A DNA stretch of 64,000 nt from positions 36,931 through 100,930 of the forward strand of contig NZ_JAGHZV010000004.1 in assembly GCF_017745215.1 (NCBI RefSeq). The letters run 5' to 3'. Numbering within the stretch: position 1 is the stretch's first letter; each line of letters starts with the position of its first letter. The position numbers and the translations under genes were made by a program. The stretch is from Sphingomonas sp. (GTDB lineage: Bacteria; Pseudomonadota; Alphaproteobacteria; Sphingomonadales; Sphingomonadaceae). Positions 47,833 to 55,758 of this stretch are shown here, in pieces. The notes under the pieces were generated by a model. The model saw only the letters and a list, made by a program, of their open reading frames with translations, searched no databases and was not told where the DNA came from.

Positions 47833-49320
47833 ATGGACATGGTGGTGGGGCAGCGCGCCTTATTCGAGCGCGACAGTTTCGGGATACCGTTCGCGGGGCG
47901 CGAAGCCCCGGAGCGGCCGAACGTCATCGAGCGCTATTTTCCGAACTTCGACATCGCGCCCGACCTCGGGTCGCGGATCGGCACGCTGACCTGGTATCGC
48001 GGCGCCGCGACCTGCATCGGGCTGTGCGGACTCGCGCTGCTGATGTCACCGGGCTTCGAGAATCCGATCTACGGCTATGTTCCCCCCGCGCTGTCGGGTG
48101 GCGAATGGGATGCGGCCAAGGCGCAGGCGATCGCGCCGCTCGCCAAGGGCGCGGGCACCGGCAAGCACATGGCCGAGACCGCCTTGGTCTCGCCGCTGTC
48201 GGAGACGCCGGAGCGCCCGATCGTCAACCTCGCGGTCAAGCTGCTCTCGGGCAATTCGATGCTCGGCGCGCTCCAGCGCTCGGGCGTGGGCGGCAGCGAC
48301 GCCGGCCAGGTCGTCGCGCTGATCGGCAAGGCGATGGAGCTGGGCCAGATCCAGCCGGGCACCTCGCTCGACCTGACGCTCGGCCGCCGTGCCGACAAGT
48401 CGCAACCGCGCCCGCTCGAGAACCTCGCCTTCCGCGCGCGCTTCGACTTGAAGCTCGAAGTCGCGCGCACCGGCAATGCGCTGGCGCTGCACAGCATCCC
48501 GATCGCGGTCGACCACACGCCGCTGCGCCTCCAGGGCGAGTTCGGCCCGAGCCTCTACCGCGCCGCGCGCGCGGCGGGCGCGCCGGCCAAGGCAGTCGAG
48601 GCCTATATCAAGTCGGTCGCGACGCGCGTGCCGATGTCGCGGATGGGCGCGGGCTGCAAGTTCGACCTGATCATGGAGCAGGCACGCGCCGAGACCGGCG
48701 AAGTCCAGCTCGGCAACCTCATGTTCGCGGGCGTCAACGGCTGCGCGAGCAAGGTCCAGCTGGTGCGCTGGAAGGCCGACGGGCGCGACTCCTGGTACGA
48801 CGCTTCGGGCAAGGGCGAGAGCCGCGGGATGATGACGATGCCCACGCACGGCCGCATCTCGTCCAGCTTCGGCATGCGCCGTCACCCGATCCTGGGCTTC
48901 ACCCGGATGCACAAGGGCATCGACATCGCGGTGGCCTATGGCTCGCCGGTCTATGCCGCGACGGATGGCGTGGTGCAGTTCGCCGGGCGCAGCAGCGGCT
49001 ATGGCAATTTCGTCAAGCTCTCGCACGGCGAGGGGCTGGGCACCGGCTATGGCCATCTCAGCCGCATCTTCGTCCGCCCGGGCCAGCGCGTACGCAAGGG
49101 GCAGATGATCGCGGCGTCGGGCAATTCGGGCCTCTCGACCGGCCCGCACCTCCATTACGAGCTCTACAAGAACGGCGTGGCGATCAATCCGGCGTCGATG
49201 TCGTTCACCGTCGTCCAGCAGCTCCGCGGCGACGACCTGAGCGACTTCCGCGCCAAGCTCGGCCAGCTGATGGCGGTGCCCGTCGCGGCCGCGCCGAAGC
49301 ATGAGGACGAGGGCGAGTAA
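47833..49320 (+). CDS. M23 family metallopeptidase (LytM-domain)
   Basis: C-terminal HKGIDIA...GNSGLSTGPHLHYE motifs. Start chosen at ATG 47833 (M184 of the ORF); ATG 47683 is also possible. Confidence 0.8.
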   Translation: MDMVVGQRALFERDSFGIPFAGREAPERPNVIERYFPNFDIAPDLGSRIGTLTWYRGAATCIGLCGLALLMSPGFENPIYGYVPPALSGGEWDAAKAQAIAPLAKGAGTGKHMAETALVSPLSETPERPIVNLAVKLLSGNSMLGALQRSGVGGSDAGQVVALIGKAMELGQIQPGTSLDLTLGRRADKSQPRPLENLAFRARFDLKLEVARTGNALALHSIPIAVDHTPLRLQGEFGPSLYRAARAAGAPAKAVEAYIKSVATRVPMSRMGAGCKFDLIMEQARAETGEVQLGNLMFAGVNGCASKVQLVRWKADGRDSWYDASGKGESRGMMTMPTHGRISSSFGMRRHPILGFTRMHKGIDIAVAYGSPVYAATDGVVQFAGRSSGYGNFVKLSHGEGLGTGYGHLSRIFVRPGQRVRKGQMIAASGNSGLSTGPHLHYELYKNGVAINPASMSFTVVQQLRGDDLSDFRAKLGQLMAVPVAAAPKHEDEGE

Positions 49321-49358
49321 GCTCGGATTTGAGCTTATTGCTCGGTTTCGACCAATCC

Positions 49359-49451
49359 CGTCGTCATGCTGAACTTGTTTCAGCATCCAACCTTCCTCTT
49401 GGCGACATCGCCTGTGGAGCATTGGACCCTGAAACAAGTTCATGGTGACGG
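49359..49451. repeat. family-3 palindromic element (TGAACTTGTTTCAG / CTGAAACAAGTTCA arms)
   Basis: Perfect 14-bp inverted arms plus CGTCGTCATG/CATGGTGACG ends. Lies directly next to a family-1 element. Confidence 0.75.
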
Positions 49452-49477
49452 CTATTGGAGTAAGCCACTCACCAAAC

Positions 49478-49555
49478 CGTCATCCCGGCGAAAGCCGGGA
49501 CCCAGGGCAGCAAGCGACGTCGCCTGTGGGTCTCCCGGCTTTCGCCGGGATGACG
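49478..49555. repeat. family-1 MITE-like element, long form
   Basis: CGTCATCCCGGCGAAAGCCGGGACCCAGGG ... TCTCCCGGCTTTCGCCGGGATGACG. Confidence 0.85.
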
Positions 49556-49575
49556 GTTGTTGGATGGTGCCGAGA

Positions 49576-51252
49576 CTAGCGCCCCTGCGAGCGCCAGCGC
49601 TTGATCGTGCGCTCGAGGATCTGCTCCTCGCCGCCGGTTTCCTTCCAGAGCTGCGAGAAAAGGGGATCGTCGGAGGCGGGGCGCTTGCCGTCCTCGAGGC
49701 TGTCGAAGAGCAGGCGCATCGGCGTCGCGACGCCTTCGCCGACCGCGATGCACTCGCGGTTGCGGAGCGCCGGGATCGAATCGAGGAAGCCGCGCGCGCC
49801 TTCGGGCATCGCCGCGCGGACGAAGGCCTGGTCGCGCTCGTTGTTGAGGCGCATCGACAGGATCGTGCCGCACTGCGAGAGCACACCCTCGGCGAGGTCC
49901 GACGGGCGCTGGGTGATCAGCCCCAGCGACACGCCGTACTTGCGGCCTTCCTTGGCGATGCGGCTGAGGATGCGGCCCACCGACGAGCCGTCGGCGTTGC
50001 GCTCGTTGGGCACGTAGCGGTGCGCCTCCTCGCAGACGAGCAGCACGGGGCGCTTGGCCTCGCTGCGCGACCAGATCGCGAAGTCGAAGACCATCCGCGA
50101 CAGAACCGCCACGACCACCGAGGTGATCTCCGAGGGCACGCCCGAGACGTCGATGATCGAGATCGGCTTGCCGTCGCCGGGCAGGCGGAAGATGCGCGCG
50201 AGGAACTGCTGCATCGTGTCGGCAACCAGCATGCCCGAGAACATGAAGGTGTAGCGCGGGTCGGCCTTGATCTCGTCGATCTTCGAGCGGATGCGCAGAT
50301 ACGGCGCCGTGTCGGTCGCCTTGTCCATCTTGCCCATTTCGAGCTGGATGATCTGGGTAAGGTCCGACAGCAGATAGGGGATCGGCGCGTCGACGGTGAG
50401 CTTGCCGATCTCCTGCGCCAGCCGGTTCTTCTGCTTGGCCATCAGGATGCACTTGGCGAGGATGTCCGCGTCCACCTGGCGGTCCGAGCCTTCGGTGGTC
50501 AGGAACACTTCACAATGTTCCTCGAAGTTCATCAGCCAGTAGGGCATCTGCAGGTTCGAGACGTCGTAGAGCGCGCCGTTGTTCTTGAACGCGGCGGCAT
50601 ATTCGCCGTGGGGGTCGATCATCACGATGTGACCCTGCGGGGCGAGCTCGCAGATGCGGTGGAGGATCAGCGCCGCGGCGGTCGACTTGCCGGTGCCGGT
50701 CGAGCCGAGCAGCGCGAAATGCTTGCCGAGCATCGCGTCGATGTAGAGCGCGGCGCGGATGTCCTTGGTCGGATAGACCATGCCGATCGGGATGTGCGCG
50801 CGATCGTCGGCGGCGTAGATCTGCTTCAGGTCGGGCGTCGACACCGGATAGACCGCGCAGCCCGGCGTGGGATAACGCGTCACGCCGCGGCGGAACTTGT
50901 AGAGCTTGCCGGTGAGCTTCTCCTCGTCGCCTTCGCCGAGGAAGTCGATGAGCGCGGCGATGCGCTCGCTGCCGTCGCCGAGCAACTTGAGCGAGCGGAC
51001 GTTGGCGATCAGCCAGGTCGAGCCGACGCGCATCTTCACCTGGCTGCCGACCTGGCCCGAATTGGCGAGCGTCGGGTCCGGGTTGCCGGAAAGCTGCGCG
51101 AGCGCCGTGCCGTCGAGGATCACCTGGCTCGACGAGCCGGCGATCTCGAGCACGGTGCCTATCGCGGCGATGCTGTGCGCGGGCGGCGAAACCATGCCGC
51201 CGCTGTGCGGCGCTGCGCTTTCGAACCCGCGCGCGCCAAACTGGCCGTCCAT
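49576..51252 (-). CDS. HerA-like (DUF87) P-loop ATPase
   Basis: 558 aa. Walker A GSTGTGKST, Walker B LLVCEEAHRY and a C-terminal LGLITQRPSDL block. Confidence 0.8.
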   Translation of the reverse strand: MDGQFGARGFESAAPHSGGMVSPPAHSIAAIGTVLEIAGSSSQVILDGTALAQLSGNPDPTLANSGQVGSQVKMRVGSTWLIANVRSLKLLGDGSERIAALIDFLGEGDEEKLTGKLYKFRRGVTRYPTPGCAVYPVSTPDLKQIYAADDRAHIPIGMVYPTKDIRAALYIDAMLGKHFALLGSTGTGKSTAAALILHRICELAPQGHIVMIDPHGEYAAAFKNNGALYDVSNLQMPYWLMNFEEHCEVFLTTEGSDRQVDADILAKCILMAKQKNRLAQEIGKLTVDAPIPYLLSDLTQIIQLEMGKMDKATDTAPYLRIRSKIDEIKADPRYTFMFSGMLVADTMQQFLARIFRLPGDGKPISIIDVSGVPSEITSVVVAVLSRMVFDFAIWSRSEAKRPVLLVCEEAHRYVPNERNADGSSVGRILSRIAKEGRKYGVSLGLITQRPSDLAEGVLSQCGTILSMRLNNERDQAFVRAAMPEGARGFLDSIPALRNRECIAVGEGVATPMRLLFDSLEDGKRPASDDPLFSQLWKETGGEEQILERTIKRWRSQGR

Positions 51253-51320
51253 TCGGCTGCTCCCCGTTGTGCCGCGAGTGAATCTGCCGATCGGAGGTAA
51301 AGAAGTGGTTGTGGCGGCCC

Positions 51321-52085
51321 TCAGAATCTCCGCCAGATTGCACCGGCCGCCCAGCCGAAGAACACCGAAAGCGCAACCGCGACAAGGCCGTAGAGGAAGG
51401 AATAGCGATCCGCCGAGCGCGCGATGAAGCGCTCGAAGCCCGATTTGCGGATCTCGATCGGGCGCACCGCGGCGGCGAGCACGCGGCCGTCGCGGATCAG
51501 GAAGGTCTCGGCGGTGAAGCGCCCCACCGGCACGCGCGCCGGGATGGTGAGCCGCGCGCGATAGAGCACGCCGCCGGTGATCTCGACGGCGCCGGGGGCC
51601 TCGTAGAACAGCCCGCTGCGCTTGCGGAGCTCGACCAGCCCCTCGTCGAAGCGCGTCTGGACGTCGGGCGAGGCGTTGGAGGCGGGGGAGAGTTGCAGGC
51701 TGTCGAGCCCGAGCTCGTAGATCGCGCGGGTGCGATCGTCGACGAGCTGGCTTACCGGCCGCGACGACGCGACGGCGTAGAAGCTCGGCGCCGAGCGGTA
51801 GCGCATCTTCTCGGCATTGACCCAGATGCCCGCGACCTTCTCCTTCTCGCGGACCAGCGCATTCTGGGTGGGGCCGCGCACGACGACGACGATGTCGGCG
51901 GGCTTCTCGCCCGCGCCGGGCTGGCGGCCGCCGGGATAGAGGATCGCGCCGAACAGCAGCAGGTCGGCGCCGGTGAAGCTGTAGGCGATCTCGATGTCGC
52001 GCTGCGAGACGTCGGGCACCAGCTCAGGCTTTGCCTGGCCCATCAGCAGCGGCGCGAGCAGCGCAAGCGCGAGGAGGCGCCTCAT
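51321..52085 (-). CDS. TIGR02186-family (Alph_Pro_TM) membrane protein
   Basis: 254 aa with a signal peptide and a C-terminal TM segment. ATGA overlap with the upstream TauE gene. This pairing is typical of alphaproteobacteria (from memory). Confidence 0.8.
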   Translation of the reverse strand: MRRLLALALLAPLLMGQAKPELVPDVSQRDIEIAYSFTGADLLLFGAILYPGGRQPGAGEKPADIVVVVRGPTQNALVREKEKVAGIWVNAEKMRYRSAPSFYAVASSRPVSQLVDDRTRAIYELGLDSLQLSPASNASPDVQTRFDEGLVELRKRSGLFYEAPGAVEITGGVLYRARLTIPARVPVGRFTAETFLIRDGRVLAAAVRPIEIRKSGFERFIARSADRYSFLYGLVAVALSVFFGWAAGAIWRRF

Positions 52086-52996
52086 GGCCCGATCTCGATC
52101 GAGAAGATCTCGTCGGGTCGCCAGGCGAGGCCGAGCAGCATGCGCACCGCGACGAGCAGCACGATCACCGCGAGCGCGAGGCGGAGGTGCTCGGGCTTGG
52201 CCTTGGTCGCGAAGCGCGCGCCGAGCTGGGCGCCGACCACCGAGCCGAGCAGCAGCAGCACCGCCAGCACGATGTCGACTGCCTTGGTGGTGGTGGCGTG
52301 CACCATCGTCGCCATTGCCGTCGTGAACAGCGTCTGGAACAGCGAGGTGCCGACCACGACCTGCGTGCCCATGCCGAGAATGTAGAGCATCGCCGGCACA
52401 AGGATGAACCCGCCGCCGACGCCGAGCAGGATGGTGAGGATGCCGGTGAAGAAGCCCAGCAGCAGCGGCGCGATCGGGGAAATGTAGAGACCCGAGCGGT
52501 AGAAGCGCCAGCGGAAGGGGAGCGCGGCGACCAGCGGATGGTGGCGCCGCTTCATCGGCCGCGCCGCCGCGCCGCGCACCGCGCGCATCGCATTGACCGA
52601 TTCGTAGAGCATCAGCCCGCCGATCGAGCCGAGCATCAGCACATAGAGGATCGCGATGACGGTATCGATCTGGCCGCGCGCCTGGAGCAGGCGGAAGATC
52701 GCGGCGCCGGCGAAGCTGCCGAGCATGCCGCCGGCGACGAGCACGCAGCCCATCTTGATGTCGACGCCGTCGCGGCGAAGATGCGCGAACACGCCCGAGA
52801 CGCTCGCGCCGGTCACCTGGCTCGCGGCCGAGGCGGCGGCGACGGTGGGCGGGATGCCGTAGACGATGAGCAGCGGCGTCGTCAGGAAGCCGCCGCCCAC
52901 GCCGAACATGCCCGAGAGCAGCCCCACGCCGAGCCCGAGCCCGACGATCACCAGCGCGTTCACCGAGAGGTTGGCGATCGGAAGGTAGAGATCCAT
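52082..52996 (-). CDS. sulfite exporter TauE/SafE family permease
   Basis: Polytopic protein with repeated GxGGG motifs (GMFGVGGGFL, LLGVGGGFIL). Start at M13. Confidence 0.85.
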   Translation of the reverse strand: MDLYLPIANLSVNALVIVGLGLGVGLLSGMFGVGGGFLTTPLLIVYGIPPTVAAASAASQVTGASVSGVFAHLRRDGVDIKMGCVLVAGGMLGSFAGAAIFRLLQARGQIDTVIAILYVLMLGSIGGLMLYESVNAMRAVRGAAARPMKRRHHPLVAALPFRWRFYRSGLYISPIAPLLLGFFTGILTILLGVGGGFILVPAMLYILGMGTQVVVGTSLFQTLFTTAMATMVHATTTKAVDIVLAVLLLLGSVVGAQLGARFATKAKPEHLRLALAVIVLLVAVRMLLGLAWRPDEIFSIEIGP

Positions 52997-53072
52997 GCCA
53001 CACCGGCGATACCGTGCATTGCGCTGCGGCAAAAGATGTTGCGGAGGGTCGGTCCGATCAAAAACTCAACGC

Positions 53073-53154
53073 CGTCATCCCGGCGAAAGCCGGGACCCAG
53101 GGTTGCGGAGGACATCGCTTGCGGCCCTGGGTCCCGGCTTTCGCCGGGATGACG
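53073..53154. repeat. family-1 MITE-like element, long form
   Basis: CGTCATCCCGGCGAAAGCCGGGACCCAGGG ... CCCTGGGTCCCGGCTTTCGCCGGGATGACG. Confidence 0.85.
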
Positions 53155-53173
53155 ATTTTGGTGGTGGGCGAGG

Positions 53174-54189
53174 CTAGAAATCGCGCCCCACCGTCAGTGC
53201 GAGCCCCGAGCCCGGGCGGACGTTGCCCGCCACCCGCTGGCGCCAGTCGAGCGCGACGCGGATCGGGCGGTCGCCGAGCGGCACCGCGAGCGTGGCGGAG
53301 GCCCCAGGTCGAGCCGCTGGGCGTCGCGCTGCGCCGCGCCCCAGGCGCCGACGCCGAGCGACAGGCGCAGCGACCCCGCCGAGGCGACACCGTGCGTCGC
53401 GCGCGCGGCGCCGTCGGCATAGGGGTCGAGACGGCCGCGCGCGACGGCGCCGGCCTGGCCGTAGGATTCGAGCGCGAAGCCGGCGGGGAGCGCGCGGTCG
53501 AGCCCGGCGACCACGCCCAGCGCCGGCCCGCCGCGCTGGCCGTCGAGCCCGATGCGCTGCTCGGCGACGAGGCGCGCCGGCGCGCGGGTCGGCTGCCATT
53601 CGATGCCCACCGCCGCTTCGCGCCCCTTGCCCGAGAGCGGCGCGGCATAGCGGGCATAGAGCGCGATGCGTTCGGCGGGGTCGAGCGACCAGGCGAGCCG
53701 CACGCCGACCTGGCTGCCGCCGAGCTGGCCCGCCCCCGGCGCCGCGCCGATGCCGCCGCCGGGGCGAACCACCAGCCAGGCGCTCGCCGACCAGCGGTTG
53801 TCGCTCGCCCAAAGGTTGCGCGGTCCAGCGGGGAAGCCCTGCGCGGCGCGGCCGCGCGCGGCGGTGGCGGTGGGCGAATCGGTGAACTCGGGGTCGCCGA
53901 ACTGGAGCAGGTCGAGCAGCGACACCTGGACGCGCACTGGATTGGCCGGGCGGCGGACGAAGGGGGCGGGGAGCGCGTGCGTCTCGCGCAGGAAGGTCGC
54001 CGGGCGGAGCGCCGGGAGGCGCGGGCTGGCGACGGCTGGCGGGGCGAGCGCGACGCCGGCGAAGGGCACGAGCATGCGGATCGCTTCGGGAAAGGAATGG
54101 ACCTGCGGCCAGAGCAGTGTGGCGCGGACGCCGATCCAGCCGGCGACGACCACACCCAGGAAGCGCAGCGGCCGCCCGCGCACGCTCAT
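53174..54189 (-). pseudogene. outer-membrane beta-barrel-like protein with an apparent frameshift near 53297-53304
   Basis: The N-terminal ~296 codons lie in ORF 53194..54585(-), from MSVRGRPLRFLGVVVAGW. The plausible C-terminus SATLAVPLGDRPIRVALDWRQRVAGNVRPGSGLALTVGRDF (terminal Phe) lies in ORF 53174..54208(-). Its ATGA start overlaps the stop of the upstream glycosyltransferase gene. Confidence 0.6.
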
Positions 54190-55580
54190 GCGGCGCGGGC
54201 CTCGGCAACGAGGTCCTCGGGGAAGTCGTGCGCGGTCTTCTCCCACACCGGCGGGCCGCCGGCGAGCAGCTTGAGATAGAGCCAGGCGGCGCGGCGCGCG
54301 GCGGCGAGCGCGATGATGTTGGCGAGGATCATCCGCGGCAGCGCCCAGCGCGCCTCGCGCCAGCCATAGGCGCGCGCGACGAAATAGCTGCGTACCAGCA
54401 CGCGCCAGCCGAGCAGCGCCAGATTGGCGAGCAGCAGCGCCCGGACGCCCGGGTGGAGCGCGGGCGCGGCGGTGCCGGCCAGCACATGCATGAGAACGGT
54501 GCAGGGCCAGAGCAGCAGCGCGAGATAGCCTACCGCGAGCACCAGCACCGAGAGGATCGCACGCCGGTCGCGCATCCGCATCCAATGGTCGCCGACCGCG
54601 CGCAGCCTGCCCCAGCCGGTCCGGTCCCAGCCGGCGAGCGCGATCCCGGTCATCCAGCGTGCCTTCTGGCGCACCGCCGCCTGGAAGCTCTCGGGGAAAT
54701 AGGCACGCACCGCGACGAGGCCCTTCGACGCCGTTGCCGCCTCGCTCGCGAAGCTGGTGCTGCCGCCGAGCGAGGCGATGGTGAGCCCGAGCTCATAATC
54801 CTCGGTCAGCGACAGCTGGTCGAACGGCTCACCGCCGCGCGCTTCGGCGATGCGCTCGATCATGTCGCGCCGGATCGCGCAGCCGACCCCGGCGAGCGGC
54901 AGCCCCGCGCCGATCGCCTGGCGCACGGGCAGCTGCTTGCCATGCGCCTCGGCGAATTCGTCGCAATAATGCGCCTGCACGCCCGGCCGGTCGGGCTTGC
55001 GCAGCGGGATCACCGGCAGCTGGACCGCGGCATGACGGCGCAGGTGCCGCTTCACCACGCGGATCTCCTCGGCGTGGACGAGATCCTCGGCGTCGTGGAG
55101 CATCACTGCGCAGGCCTTGCGCCCGCCCGCCGCCTCATGGCGCAACAGCGCGCGCCAGAGCCGGTTGAGGCAATCGGCCTTGGTCGTCGGGCCGGGCCGG
55201 GCGTTGATCACCAGCCGGATTCGCGCACGGCCGCCGGCGACCTGGGCGACCGCGTCGATCGTCGCGCGGTCGTTGGGATAGGCGCCGACGTAGAGGTAGT
55301 AGTCCTGCCGCCCGAGCTGCTTCACCGCATTGCGCAGCATCGCGCCGATCACCGCCGATTCGTCCCAGGCGGGCAGGAAGATCGCCACCGGGCCCTTGCG
55401 CTCGGCGCCTTCGTCGGAGGCGGGCGGCGCGGCCCAGCGCCGGCGAATCGCACCGGCGATCCAGATCAGGTCGACGAGCAGGTCGTCGACTCCCCCGAGC
55501 AGGAAACCCACCGCGGCGAACAGCGTGCATTCGCGCAGCGCGGCATCGGCCCAGACGATCAGGAACCCCCCGGCCTGCAT
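54186..55580 (-). CDS. processive family-2 glycosyltransferase, NfrB-like
   Basis: 464 aa. N-terminal TM segment, DAED (DxD-like) motif, RQKARW (QxxRW) motif and a C-terminal TM bundle. Confidence 0.8.
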   Translation of the reverse strand: MQAGGFLIVWADAALRECTLFAAVGFLLGGVDDLLVDLIWIAGAIRRRWAAPPASDEGAERKGPVAIFLPAWDESAVIGAMLRNAVKQLGRQDYYLYVGAYPNDRATIDAVAQVAGGRARIRLVINARPGPTTKADCLNRLWRALLRHEAAGGRKACAVMLHDAEDLVHAEEIRVVKRHLRRHAAVQLPVIPLRKPDRPGVQAHYCDEFAEAHGKQLPVRQAIGAGLPLAGVGCAIRRDMIERIAEARGGEPFDQLSLTEDYELGLTIASLGGSTSFASEAATASKGLVAVRAYFPESFQAAVRQKARWMTGIALAGWDRTGWGRLRAVGDHWMRMRDRRAILSVLVLAVGYLALLLWPCTVLMHVLAGTAAPALHPGVRALLLANLALLGWRVLVRSYFVARAYGWREARWALPRMILANIIALAAARRAAWLYLKLLAGGPPVWEKTAHDFPEDLVAEARAA

Positions 55581-55758
55581 CGCGTTCCCCTCCGAATCGG
55601 AGGCGGGACTATCCGGAATGGAGCTATGCTGCGCAATCGCCGCGCAGCCTGAATCACATCCGAACCGGATCGAGACGGCATGACGTCAACTGAGCACTGG
55701 ACTCGTAACGAAGCGCGCGTATCGTTGCCGCCATGCCTTTAGGGGAGAAGGTACTGCC

